This document shows, piece after piece, positions 1-8,532 of a DNA stretch of 62,011 nt. This DNA is from an uncultured Alphaproteobacteria bacterium. GTDB taxonomy: Bacteria; Pseudomonadota; Alphaproteobacteria; MPNO01; UBA830. Location: NCBI GenBank assembly GCA_913047365.1, contig CAJWUK010000002.1, positions 1 through 62,011 on the forward strand, read 5' to 3'. A model generated the notes under the pieces. It ran no database searches and was not told where the DNA came from. It saw only the letters and a list, made by a program, of their open reading frames with translations. The translations under genes and the position numbers were made by a program. How positions within the stretch are numbered: the stretch's first letter is position 1; each line of letters opens with the position of its first letter.

Positions 1-17
1 CTATCTGAAATCCGAGC

Positions 18-278
18 TTGAGCTGGCTTGACGATCGTAGGGTCACCCTCCGTTGTTCGTTTGGGGCCCGCCTGCTAACGTTCCCCGTAAGAATAGAACC
101 TGCGGACGACCGGACGAAGTCTCATGCTGAATTATGCCAGTGTGTATATTGCGAGCTGGGCACTCTCCGTGCGAGCGAACTGCCTGTTTCCGGAAGCGCG
201 GAGGTTGACGTCGAACCCGGCGGTATCGGTTCGTTTGAGATCACCCGTGATGGCGCAGCGGTAGGGTCAAAGCTTTAG
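18..278 (+). CDS. hypothetical small protein (86 aa, TTG start; doubtful)
   Basis: Only ORF in the first 330 nt. An in-frame TGA at 6-8 prevents upstream extension. CVYC and C-terminal GSFEITRDG..SK faintly recall SelW/Rdx-fold proteins, but the spacing does not fit. Several rare codons. Confidence 0.2.
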   Translation: MSWLDDRRVTLRCSFGARLLTFPVRIEPADDRTKSHAELCQCVYCELGTLRASELPVSGSAEVDVEPGGIGSFEITRDGAAVGSKL

Positions 279-333
279 ATCAGCAGGTTACCGACGGGTA
301 AAGAAATAAAAGAGATAAGCGCGGGGTAACAGG

Positions 334-1974
334 ATGACGGATTTCGAGAAAACGTTCGATTACATCGTTGTGGGGGCGGGCTCCGCCGGGTGCGTGCTGA
401 CCAACCGGTTAAGCGCGGATGGATCAAACAGAGTGTTGACGCTGGAAGCTGGCGACCGGGACAAAAGCTTCATGATCCATATGCCGCTGGGGGTCGGGCA
501 GGTCTGGCATGATCCGAAGTTCAACTGGTCATACGAATCCGAGCCTGAACCCCATGCCGACAACCGCCGATTGTTTCATCCGAGAGGCAAGGTGCTTGGC
601 GGGTCGTCGTCGATCAACATGATGGCATATGTTCGGGGAAATCATTCAGACTACGACCGTTGGCGACAAAAGGGGCTCACCGGCTGGTCGTTCGATGACG
701 TGCTGCCATATTTTAAGCGGGCTGAAGCGTTTCAGGACGGGCCGGATCCCTATCACGGGTCGGAAGGGCCCTGGAAGATCCAGACTACGGCAGTCCAGGA
801 TCCGATTTTCGATTGCTTTTTCGACGCGGTGGAGCAGGCGGGATACCAGAAAGCGCCGGACTACAACGGGGCGTCGCAGGAAGGCTTTGCCCGGCTGCAG
901 GTGAACGCGGTCAAAGGCCGGCGGCAATCGACCGCTGTCGCCTATTTGCGCCCGGCCATGCAACGCTCGAATGTCGAAGTGGAGGTCCGCGCCCATGTAA
1001 ACAGGGTGATCGTCGAAGACGGCCGTGCCATGGGTATCGAATACACACAGGACGGCGCTGTTCACACCGTTCGCGCCGAAAAGGAAGTAATCCTTTCCGG
1101 CGGGGCGATCAATTCACCACAGTTGCTGCTGCTGTCGGGCATCGGGCCGGGCGATCATTTGTCCGAGATGGGGATCGAACAGGTACACGATGCGCCTGGG
1201 GTCGGGCAGGAATTGCAGGATCATCCGGCCATCGGCGTTGAATACTATTACAAGGGGGATTCCCAATTTCACCGAGACCTGCGGCTCGATCGTCTGACCT
1301 TTCATGTCGCGCGGGTGAAGCTGTTCGGTACTGGCATGGCGGCATCACCGCCATCATCCCTGACGGGTTATGTCAAAAGCCGCCCGGACCTGGAAATTCC
1401 CGACATCCAGATGTTTTTCCGTCCGATGTCGATGTCGGCAAAGCAATGGTTCCCGGGGATTATGCCACCGGCGGAACAGACATTTGCCTGCCGCGCCTGC
1501 CACCTGCGCCCCGAAAGCCGGGGGCAGGTATGGCTGCGATCCGCCGATCCAAGAGATCCGGTAAAGATCCAGAACAATTTCCTGTCCACCGATGAAGACC
1601 GGCGTGTTTTGCGGGAAAGTTTCCGGATCATGCGGAAACTGCTCAAACAGCCCGCCTTTGATGTCGTGCGCGGTGAGGAATTTGCTCCGGGCGCCCATAT
1701 CCCGGACGACGATGACGAGGCCATAGACGCCTATGTCCGCGAGACGCTAAGCACTGTGTTCCACCCGACCACTACCTGCCGCATGGGCATCGATGACCGC
1801 GCGGTGGTCGATGCCGAATGCAAGGTGCGGGGTGTGGACGCGCTGCGCGTGGTAGACGCCTCCGTGATGCCGGATATCGTCGGCGGTAACCTCAATGCCA
1901 CCGTTGTCATGATGGCGGAAAAAACGTCCGACATGATCCTTGGCCGGCAGGCGCTTGCCGCCGAGGCGGCCTGA
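334..1974 (+). CDS. GMC family FAD-dependent oxidoreductase (choline/alcohol dehydrogenase-like)
   Basis: N-terminal Rossmann motif DYIVVGAGSAGCVLTNRLS, GMC signature GGSSSINMMAYVRG, C-terminal active-site region VFHPTTTCRMG. Length of 546 aa is typical. Confidence 0.93.
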   Translation: MTDFEKTFDYIVVGAGSAGCVLTNRLSADGSNRVLTLEAGDRDKSFMIHMPLGVGQVWHDPKFNWSYESEPEPHADNRRLFHPRGKVLGGSSSINMMAYVRGNHSDYDRWRQKGLTGWSFDDVLPYFKRAEAFQDGPDPYHGSEGPWKIQTTAVQDPIFDCFFDAVEQAGYQKAPDYNGASQEGFARLQVNAVKGRRQSTAVAYLRPAMQRSNVEVEVRAHVNRVIVEDGRAMGIEYTQDGAVHTVRAEKEVILSGGAINSPQLLLLSGIGPGDHLSEMGIEQVHDAPGVGQELQDHPAIGVEYYYKGDSQFHRDLRLDRLTFHVARVKLFGTGMAASPPSSLTGYVKSRPDLEIPDIQMFFRPMSMSAKQWFPGIMPPAEQTFACRACHLRPESRGQVWLRSADPRDPVKIQNNFLSTDEDRRVLRESFRIMRKLLKQPAFDVVRGEEFAPGAHIPDDDDEAIDAYVRETLSTVFHPTTTCRMGIDDRAVVDAECKVRGVDALRVVDASVMPDIVGGNLNATVVMMAEKTSDMILGRQALAAEAA

Positions 1975-1996
1975 CAAACAGAGGGGGACAACCGCC

Positions 1997-2515
1997 ATGT
2001 TACCAATGCCCATTGCCGATCACGATGCCATCACCGAGGAACTTGCGGAAACCGGCCGGTATGTGAAGGTCCTTTGGCAAAGCGATGATACGCTGATGTT
2101 TATCGCGCGCGGTCGCGCTTATCGGAGCGAATTTCACATCAATCCGTCCGACGAACACATGACCGTGCTGAAAGGGGAAATGAAGCTCCATTATCGTAAA
2201 CCCGACGGCAGTGAAGATATCGCTGTGCTGAAAGAAGGGGAGACGATCTATACCGCGGCCGGTATCCCTCATTCGCCGCGTTTTCCGGAAGACGCCTTCC
2301 TGCTGGTAGGGGAACGGATGCGGCGGTCGGGGGAGACCGACAGTTTCCAGTGGTTCTGCCCCAATTGCGACGCGCAGATCCATGAGGAGTTTTTTGTCGT
2401 CGACGATTACACTAAGGATCCGGTGTCTCGGGCGTATGACAATTTCTTCGACTCAATCCCGGCGCGCACCTGCGACAAATGCCACACGGTGCATCCCGGC
2501 CGGGATTTCGAATAG
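1997..2515 (+). CDS. 3-hydroxyanthranilate 3,4-dioxygenase-like cupin (divergent paralogue)
   Basis: Cupin metal ligands H-x5-E (FHINPSDE) and GIPHSP. C-terminal rubredoxin-like CPNC...CDKC pair as in bacterial HAAO/NbaC. ATG at 1997 is preceded by GAGGGGGA. The track ORF start at 1940 overlaps the GMC gene. Confidence 0.8.
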   Translation: MLPMPIADHDAITEELAETGRYVKVLWQSDDTLMFIARGRAYRSEFHINPSDEHMTVLKGEMKLHYRKPDGSEDIAVLKEGETIYTAAGIPHSPRFPEDAFLLVGERMRRSGETDSFQWFCPNCDAQIHEEFFVVDDYTKDPVSRAYDNFFDSIPARTCDKCHTVHPGRDFE

Positions 2516-2545
2516 TCCGCTGGTTCAGGAGCAGAGAGAGCATAA

Positions 2546-2950
2546 ATGCCAAAAGAAATCATCACTTCCGCTACGTCTCCGACCACCGGGTTTACGGACA
2601 AGGCGACGCCATCACCTCTGGCCCAGGGCATCCGGTTCGGTAACATGATGTTCGTCTCGGGGCAGGGGCCGCTGAATCCTAAAACCAAGGAGGTGGTGTC
2701 CGAGGACATCCAGGAGCAGACCCGTCAGACCCTGACAAACCTCGAGGGCGTGCTGGCCGCGGCGGGCGCAGATTTCACGAATGTTGTGAACATGCGGGTC
2801 TGCTTGCGCGACACCGTTGATTTCCCGAAATTCAATGAGGCCTTTACCGAATTCATGCAGGGCGAAAAGGTAACACGTACCTGCATCGGCGGCACGCCCC
2901 ACAGAGCCGGCGTCAACGTGGAAATCGACTGCGTGGCGATGTTCGACTAG
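2546..2950 (+). CDS. RidA/YjgF/TdcF family reactive-intermediate (enamine/imine) deaminase
   Basis: 134 aa with typical RidA motifs (GNMMFVSGQGPLNP, NVEIDCVA). 30 nt downstream of the cupin gene. Confidence 0.9.
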   Translation: MPKEIITSATSPTTGFTDKATPSPLAQGIRFGNMMFVSGQGPLNPKTKEVVSEDIQEQTRQTLTNLEGVLAAAGADFTNVVNMRVCLRDTVDFPKFNEAFTEFMQGEKVTRTCIGGTPHRAGVNVEIDCVAMFD

Positions 2951-2959
2951 ACGGCTGGC

Positions 2960-3793
2960 CTAGTAAAACAGCAGGGTCCGGACTTCGATGCTTTCCCGTG
3001 CGGGGAGTGACGGGTCGGCGCCGTTCGGGTCTTCGAAGGCCGCGTGGGCGGTCCAGCGGGCGCGGCCGTCCAGTTCGGAATCGAAGCATTTCAGCAGGAT
3101 AACCTCGTCCCGCTCCATATCCGGGAAATACGTCCAGCGCTGGTTCGCGTTGTAGCTGAGGTTCAAAATGCCGCCGATCCGGTTGCCGTAGTTCCGTTCC
3201 GCGGGGATCATGTCGTTCTCGCCGATGCTGTCCCACGGGCAGATTGCGATGGGATCGGTTTTGACTGGCCCTGTCAGGGGCCGCCAGACATTAATGGATG
3301 TGAAGCGGCGTCCCAGCTTTTCTTCAGCCTCGTCTTTCGGGAGGAGGTCTTTCACCCGCTGGGGCGCAGAACGATCCGTGAAATCGTTGTGGGCGCTGCG
3401 CACCGGATCCCGCACGCCCAACCTTTCACGCTTTTCCGGATCGCCGATGCGAATGGTGTGATCGAAGATCACCACTTCCTTCGCGCTTGTCCGTTCCAGC
3501 AAAAGCTTTTCCAGTTCCGGGTAGTAAATATTGCAGACCTGATCGTCGTCGGCGAAATCAGTGACGGCGGTCTCGTATTCCAGGAACTCAAATCCGTCGA
3601 CCTCCATGTCGAGCTCAGCGGCGATCGGTCGGCCGTCATGGATGGTGACTTCCTTCATCTCGTACTGGCCGGTTTTGGGATCGCTGCGCCCGCCGCCGCT
3701 TTCACTCACCTGTGTGACGGGTGTCTCGGAGGTGGGAATAGTGAACTGAAGCAGTCCGGTAACGGTTTTATCTATGTCCAATGTAGTGTTCAT
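2960..3793 (-). CDS. CmcJ/NvfI family oxidoreductase (non-haem iron oxygenase-like)
   Basis: About 277 aa with conserved HNDFT, VWRPL and W.YFP.M blocks typical of the CmcJ/NvfI family. ATG at 3793 has AAGGTGA 7 nt upstream; the GTG at 3802 given by the track is less likely. Confidence 0.72.
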   Translation of the reverse strand: MNTTLDIDKTVTGLLQFTIPTSETPVTQVSESGGGRSDPKTGQYEMKEVTIHDGRPIAAELDMEVDGFEFLEYETAVTDFADDDQVCNIYYPELEKLLLERTSAKEVVIFDHTIRIGDPEKRERLGVRDPVRSAHNDFTDRSAPQRVKDLLPKDEAEEKLGRRFTSINVWRPLTGPVKTDPIAICPWDSIGENDMIPAERNYGNRIGGILNLSYNANQRWTYFPDMERDEVILLKCFDSELDGRARWTAHAAFEDPNGADPSLPARESIEVRTLLFY

Positions 3794-3980
3794 TGAAATC
3801 ACCTTAACAGCGATTGCCAGAGCAGCATAACTCTCTTTGAAGCCGGAACATTCTGTTTCATCTCTGACGTTCGACCGAATTTATCGAGAAGCTTTCCAAA
3901 CACGATACCTTTGTGCATAATCAAATCTGGAATGGGAGGTAGATATTCGTGTTATGCGGAGACAAGGTACCGTTTAGCAC

Positions 3981-4000
3981 TTATTCTACAAATAGAATAA
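3981..4000. promoter_or_regulatory. perfect inverted repeat TTATTCTA-N4-TAGAATAA, candidate operator in the cmcJ-like/dctQ divergent region
   Basis: 8-bp arms are exact reverse complements. It lies 21 nt upstream of the dctQ ATG in a 227-bp AT-rich intergenic region. Confidence 0.35.
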
Positions 4001-4020
4001 TAAAAACAATTATTTAGAAA

Positions 4021-4533
4021 ATGTTATTAAACCCGAATTCAAAGTATATACAGGGTCCGACCAATGCCCTGGCCCTGGTTGGCGGTGTTGCGATCATCCT
4101 GTTAATGCTGCACGTCGTTGCAGACGTTATGGGTCGTGAATTATTTCGTTTTCCGTTAGAGGGTACGCTCGAGATTGTCTCCTTTTATTACATGGTTGCG
4201 GTAACATTCTTTCCGCTGGCTTACGTCTGCCACAATGAAGGTCATATTAGCGTTGAGTTATTTACGAAAAATCTTCCGAGACGCGGAAATCATCGGCTAG
4301 AGGCCATTCTTCTCCTCATTTCATTTATATTCACACTCTGGTTCGCGACTGAAACATGGAGCCGTGCCCTGGAGAGCTACGCCGAAGGTGAAATGTGGGA
4401 GACGGCGGATGACATGATCTCGGTGTGGCCGAGCAGGTTTATTCTACCGATAGCGACGCTGATGATGGCTATCTACCTATTCTTTCGGATGTTCCATGAA
4501 GCCCGTCTTTCGATGTCAACAAAGACAGATTGA
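4021..4533 (+). CDS. dctQ: TRAP transporter small permease (DctQ family)
   Basis: 170 aa, 4 predicted TM helices. Directly followed by the DctM-type large permease. Confidence 0.85.
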   Translation: MLLNPNSKYIQGPTNALALVGGVAIILLMLHVVADVMGRELFRFPLEGTLEIVSFYYMVAVTFFPLAYVCHNEGHISVELFTKNLPRRGNHRLEAILLLISFIFTLWFATETWSRALESYAEGEMWETADDMISVWPSRFILPIATLMMAIYLFFRMFHEARLSMSTKTD

Positions 4534-4546
4534 GTGAGTGAATTAG

Positions 4547-5860
4547 ATGGAATTCACTGATCTGCAAATAGCGTTTTCGGCGATGGGAATACTGCTCGTC
4601 CTTATCGCCCTCCGTCTACCTGTCGGATTTGCTTTGTTTATCGTGGCCGTTGGAGGTGTTGCGGCACTAAAGGGCTGGGACGTAGCGGCAGGCATGATCC
4701 GAAACGAACCATTTGACTTTGCCGCCCATTGGTCGTTTTCGGCAATTCCAATGTTCCTTTTAATGGGCGCCGTTGCCCACAACTCCGGGATAAGTAATTC
4801 GCTGTTTTATGCGGCTAGGTGTTGGTTTGGCGGGCTCCCCGGTGGCTTGGCCGTCGCGACGAACTTCGCTTGTGCTGGTTTCGCCGCAGCCTCCGGCTCG
4901 AGTACGGCGACGGCGGCGGCTTTGGGTAAAATCAGCGTTCCGGAAATGTCTAAGGCTGGATACGATATCGGATTATCCAGCGGAACCGTTGCAAGCGCCG
5001 GTACACTGGGGGCTATGATCCCACCATCGATCGCTTTTGTGCTTTACGGGATTTTTGCCGAGGTCTCTATAAGCAAATTGTTTATTGCCGGTGTTTTGCC
5101 AGGGCTCCTTACAGCGGGCATCTATGCGCTGATGATCATAGCAAGGTGCAAGGTTAATCCGTCCCTCGGCCCGCCGCTTGAAATCAAAATGTCGTTCATG
5201 GAGAAGGTTATAGCTCTTAAGGACGTATGGCCGCTCCTCGTTTTAATAGTTGCGATAATCGGGGGTCTATACGGGGGGTTGGTTACGCCAACAGAAGCCG
5301 GGGCGTTTGGTGCCTTTGTCGCGGTGGTGATTTCTTTTCTTCAGGGGAGAATGAACCTTCGGGTTCTTAAGGATAGTGTTCTAGAGGCGTTGGCGGGTAC
5401 GGCCAAAATTTTCTGGGTGGCAATCGGTGCCGTCATGTTAACCCGTTTTTTGGCGATGGCTGGCGCAGAGGATTTCCTTAAAGACCTTGTCGGAAGTTGG
5501 GCTGCCGAGCCGTTACTACTCGTCCTTGCGGCTTCATTGATTTACATCGTACTCGGAATGTTTCTCGACCCACTTGGCGTGCTTCTTCTTTCGTTGCCGC
5601 TCCTGCTGCCAATGTTTGAGGCGCTAGATCTTAATTTGATATGGTTTGGCGTTCTGGTTGTTAAATACATAGAAATCGGTCTTTTGACGCCGCCCGTTGG
5701 CCTTAATGTCTATGTCATTAAAAGCGTGGTCGGGCCGGAAGTTTCATTAGAAACAATATTTAAGGGTGTGGGTTGGTTCCTGGTCTGCGAGGTATTGGTT
5801 GTCTTGCTATTGGTATTCTTCCCGCAGATATCCCTATTTCTGCCTTCAATGATGCAGTAG
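4547..5860 (+). CDS. dctM: TRAP transporter large permease (DctM family)
   Basis: 437 aa polytopic membrane protein with typical DctM blocks (GIPMFLLMG-like AIPMFLLMGAV, GTLGAMIPPS). Confidence 0.92.
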   Translation: MEFTDLQIAFSAMGILLVLIALRLPVGFALFIVAVGGVAALKGWDVAAGMIRNEPFDFAAHWSFSAIPMFLLMGAVAHNSGISNSLFYAARCWFGGLPGGLAVATNFACAGFAAASGSSTATAAALGKISVPEMSKAGYDIGLSSGTVASAGTLGAMIPPSIAFVLYGIFAEVSISKLFIAGVLPGLLTAGIYALMIIARCKVNPSLGPPLEIKMSFMEKVIALKDVWPLLVLIVAIIGGLYGGLVTPTEAGAFGAFVAVVISFLQGRMNLRVLKDSVLEALAGTAKIFWVAIGAVMLTRFLAMAGAEDFLKDLVGSWAAEPLLLVLAASLIYIVLGMFLDPLGVLLLSLPLLLPMFEALDLNLIWFGVLVVKYIEIGLLTPPVGLNVYVIKSVVGPEVSLETIFKGVGWFLVCEVLVVLLLVFFPQISLFLPSMMQ

Positions 5861-5908
5861 GAAAATTAGTAGTACCATAATTTAAAATAGATCAACGAGG
5901 AGGGAAGC

Positions 5909-7069
5909 ATGAGTTTAAGAAAATTAGCCGTCGCCATAGCTGGAGCTGCGTTTATTCTGGCCGCAATGCCAGCAAAAGCAGATAAGGCTTACGTATACGG
6001 CCAATGGCTACCACCGAAGCACAATGTCAATTTATGGGGCCTGAAGCCGCTGGTAAAAGAACTGGGTGATAAAGGTATCAAATGGAAACTTGTTACCGGC
6101 GGACAGCTTTTTAAAGCAAAGGGAACGCTTAAGGGCGTTGGGAACAGAACTGCCGAGGCAGGTCTAGTCGTTCCGAGTTACCATCGAACGCAGCTTAAAC
6201 ACGCTTTCATTATTTCCGATCTTCTCATGATTGGCCGGAATGAGCTCATTATGAATGGCGCGGCTCACGAAACCATGATGCTTGAGTGCCCGGAATGTAT
6301 GAATGATTACAAGAGACAAGGCCTTATTTACTTGGCCGGTTATGGGGTCGGCGGTTATTCGATGCTTTGCCGAACAATGGTCACGAAATACACCGATATT
6401 AAGGGTTTGAAGATCCGAACTACTGGTGCATTGGGGCGTTGGGCGAAAAAGCTTCAGGGAATTCCGGTTAGTATGTCGATGAGTGATACGCCTGAGGCAA
6501 TTAAACGAGGTAATATCGACTGTATCGCCGGTCCGGTGGCCTGGCTTAAGTCTTATCCTATTGTAGATAGCATTAAATCAGTCCTGAATTACGGTCTTGG
6601 ATCCTACTCCGGGCTTGGCCTTTTCGTCATGAACCGGAAGGCGTGGGATGCATATTCAGATAAGCAGAAGCGCACTATGTGGGATGCGATGCCAGGAACC
6701 ATTGCCCGGACAGTGATTGATGGGTATGTCGGTGATGATTTGATCTCTCGTCAAATGGCGAAGAAACAAGGGATCAAGATCACTAAGACCGGTGCAAAAA
6801 TGCTGGATATCTGGAACGAGCACAAAAAAGGAGAGGTCGCCCTCGCCGTAAAAAATGCCTCCAAGATGAAAGCGAAAAATCCCCAATCGATTGCCGACAA
6901 ATTTGTGGCAAACGTGAAGAAGTGGGAGAAAATCATCGCAGATGCCGGCTTGGAAAACGCAATTGCAAATGCAACGCCGGAGCGCTCAAGCCTCGCCAAG
7001 GCTTCAGCGATATACAAGGGCCTGATGATCAAGCATATTTATTCTAAGATTGATCCAACCAAGCTTTAG
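5909..7069 (+). CDS. TRAP transporter substrate-binding protein (DctP-like, long form)
   Basis: Signal peptide (AAFILAAMPAKA), 386 aa. Third gene of the Q-M-P array. SD GAGGAGGGA lies upstream. Confidence 0.8.
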   Translation: MSLRKLAVAIAGAAFILAAMPAKADKAYVYGQWLPPKHNVNLWGLKPLVKELGDKGIKWKLVTGGQLFKAKGTLKGVGNRTAEAGLVVPSYHRTQLKHAFIISDLLMIGRNELIMNGAAHETMMLECPECMNDYKRQGLIYLAGYGVGGYSMLCRTMVTKYTDIKGLKIRTTGALGRWAKKLQGIPVSMSMSDTPEAIKRGNIDCIAGPVAWLKSYPIVDSIKSVLNYGLGSYSGLGLFVMNRKAWDAYSDKQKRTMWDAMPGTIARTVIDGYVGDDLISRQMAKKQGIKITKTGAKMLDIWNEHKKGEVALAVKNASKMKAKNPQSIADKFVANVKKWEKIIADAGLENAIANATPERSSLAKASAIYKGLMIKHIYSKIDPTKL

Positions 7070-7088
7070 AATACTACTCTAGAACAGG

Positions 7089-7120
7089 AAAAAGGCGGTC
7101 TCTTGAGACCGCCTTTTTTT
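7089..7120. terminator. bidirectional Rho-independent terminator
   Basis: AAAAA-GGCGGTCTC-tt-GAGACCGCC-TTTTTTT between the convergent TRAP SBP gene and the PaaK-like gene. The T-run overlaps the stop codon of the minus-strand gene. Confidence 0.85.
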
Positions 7121-8456
7121 AGTCTCTTCTGTCTATAACCCTCTTGCTTTTTAGAGTGTCTCCGGGGGCGTAGATTTTTTGGGCATCCGAGAATTCTATT
7201 TCGGGGGTGACGCCGGTTGCCGCTTTAATTTTCTCCGCGATATTAGGCGCTTCGCCAGCGATCCGAATTCTTAGTCGGTCCGGGGATAGAGGATCGTCCG
7301 GGTTCTGCCTCTCTACTACCATCTGGTATTCACTTACCGAAGGTTCCGCCAATAGGATATCCTCCATCAAGGCAGGGTTAACGAGCATTCCCCGGATTTT
7401 GAGCAGAGAGTCCATACGGGTGGGTGTTTCTATTAGGCGGTCGGTTGACGATCCACAATGGGGGCAGGGTCCGTCGGCCAGAACAGAAATGTCGCCCAGT
7501 GCATAGCGCAACAGAACCGTGCCCCGCCGGTCCAGATGGCTCAGCAGTACCATTCCTCGTTTCCCGGGGGACAGTGGTTGGTGGTTTTCGGGGTCGACGA
7601 TGCTGATATGGAACTGATCCGGCGCGGGATTGTGAAACCCGGATCCCGGCACGCATTCAACCATGCCGCCCTGCATTTCCGTTGCCCCGTAGGAGATGGA
7701 AACGAATACTTTATTCGCCCCAAGGGTTGAAAGACGATCAGTAAAATCCTTGCGCAGGGTTTCGGGCGCGGCTTCGCCGGTGATAAAGACGTGTCTCACT
7801 GAGGAGAAATCGGCGCCCAACTCTGCCGCCCGGATAAGGACGCGCCGAACGTAGCTCGGGACACCCCAAAGGATCGTCGCACGATGGCGTTCGACCAAGC
7901 CAATCACGTCGTCCATCCCGCTGCCATGACCGAAATGTTCGGACGGGTTACCGGGCAGGGTGTTGATGACAGGTATTTTCAGGGCGGCGGCCGCGTGAGG
8001 AACCCGGGCATACGCGCCGTGCGGCCAGACGGTTAGCGGAAACAGGTTTGCGATAACATCATCGGCATCAACGCCGCGAAGGCGCATCATGCCTTCCTGT
8101 ACCGAGAGGATCCGATAGAAATCATAGGCGGTGGAATAGAACGGCGTTGGCTTTCCGGTGGTCGTCCCTGTGGTGTGCATGACATCCCATGTAGCGGCTT
8201 CTTCCGGCGACAGCCCGTTGGCTTCCAGCCGGTAATCCTCGGGGGAATTCATGTAGTCTGTTTTGGTCGTCACCGGCAGTTTCGAAAGATCGTCGATGCT
8301 TTGCAGATCGTTGCGGGATAAAGCCTCGGTTTTCGTCAGTTGGCGGTAGGCGGGGTGACGGTCAAAAACGAGATCCAGGGTTGCCGCAAGCTGGGCGTTA
8401 CGGCGGTTTCCAATAACTTCCGCGGGGGCGAAAACGATATGGGGCGACCGGTCCAT
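7119..8456 (-). CDS. phenylacetate-CoA ligase (PaaK)/coenzyme F390 synthetase family adenylate-forming enzyme
   Basis: P-loop-like TTGTTTGKP, YGATE, GD, and the PaaK-type C-terminal domain with CPHCG. Start is ambiguous: ATG 8456 (GAGGG 3 nt upstream, 445 aa, the usual family length), versus ATG 8531 or TTG 8540, which abut or overlap the divergent gene start at 8533. Confidence 0.85.
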   Translation of the reverse strand: MDRSPHIVFAPAEVIGNRRNAQLAATLDLVFDRHPAYRQLTKTEALSRNDLQSIDDLSKLPVTTKTDYMNSPEDYRLEANGLSPEEAATWDVMHTTGTTTGKPTPFYSTAYDFYRILSVQEGMMRLRGVDADDVIANLFPLTVWPHGAYARVPHAAAALKIPVINTLPGNPSEHFGHGSGMDDVIGLVERHRATILWGVPSYVRRVLIRAAELGADFSSVRHVFITGEAAPETLRKDFTDRLSTLGANKVFVSISYGATEMQGGMVECVPGSGFHNPAPDQFHISIVDPENHQPLSPGKRGMVLLSHLDRRGTVLLRYALGDISVLADGPCPHCGSSTDRLIETPTRMDSLLKIRGMLVNPALMEDILLAEPSVSEYQMVVERQNPDDPLSPDRLRIRIAGEAPNIAEKIKAATGVTPEIEFSDAQKIYAPGDTLKSKRVIDRRD

Positions 8457-8532
8457 AGGCCCTCGTTGCTTGGGGTTGTTCAGGAGCCTACCAGATGTAT
8501 CCTGATCTGAACCAGCCACGAACTGATCCATT

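Noticed and set aside
1940-1996. Longer start (1940) for the HAAO-like gene given by the ORF track
   Set aside because: It would overlap the GMC oxidoreductase 3' end by 35 nt and add an Arg/Pro-rich non-conserved extension. ATG 1997 has a strong GAGGGGGA SD.
3044-3796. 250-aa plus-strand ORF antisense to the CmcJ/NvfI gene. Similar shadow ORFs occur at 15079-15729, 26015-26695, 27538-28044, 57433-58335 and 61225-62007.
   Set aside because: All lie fully inside, and antisense to, genes with strong family motifs. Their products are Arg/Gly/Pro-rich with no recognisable domains.
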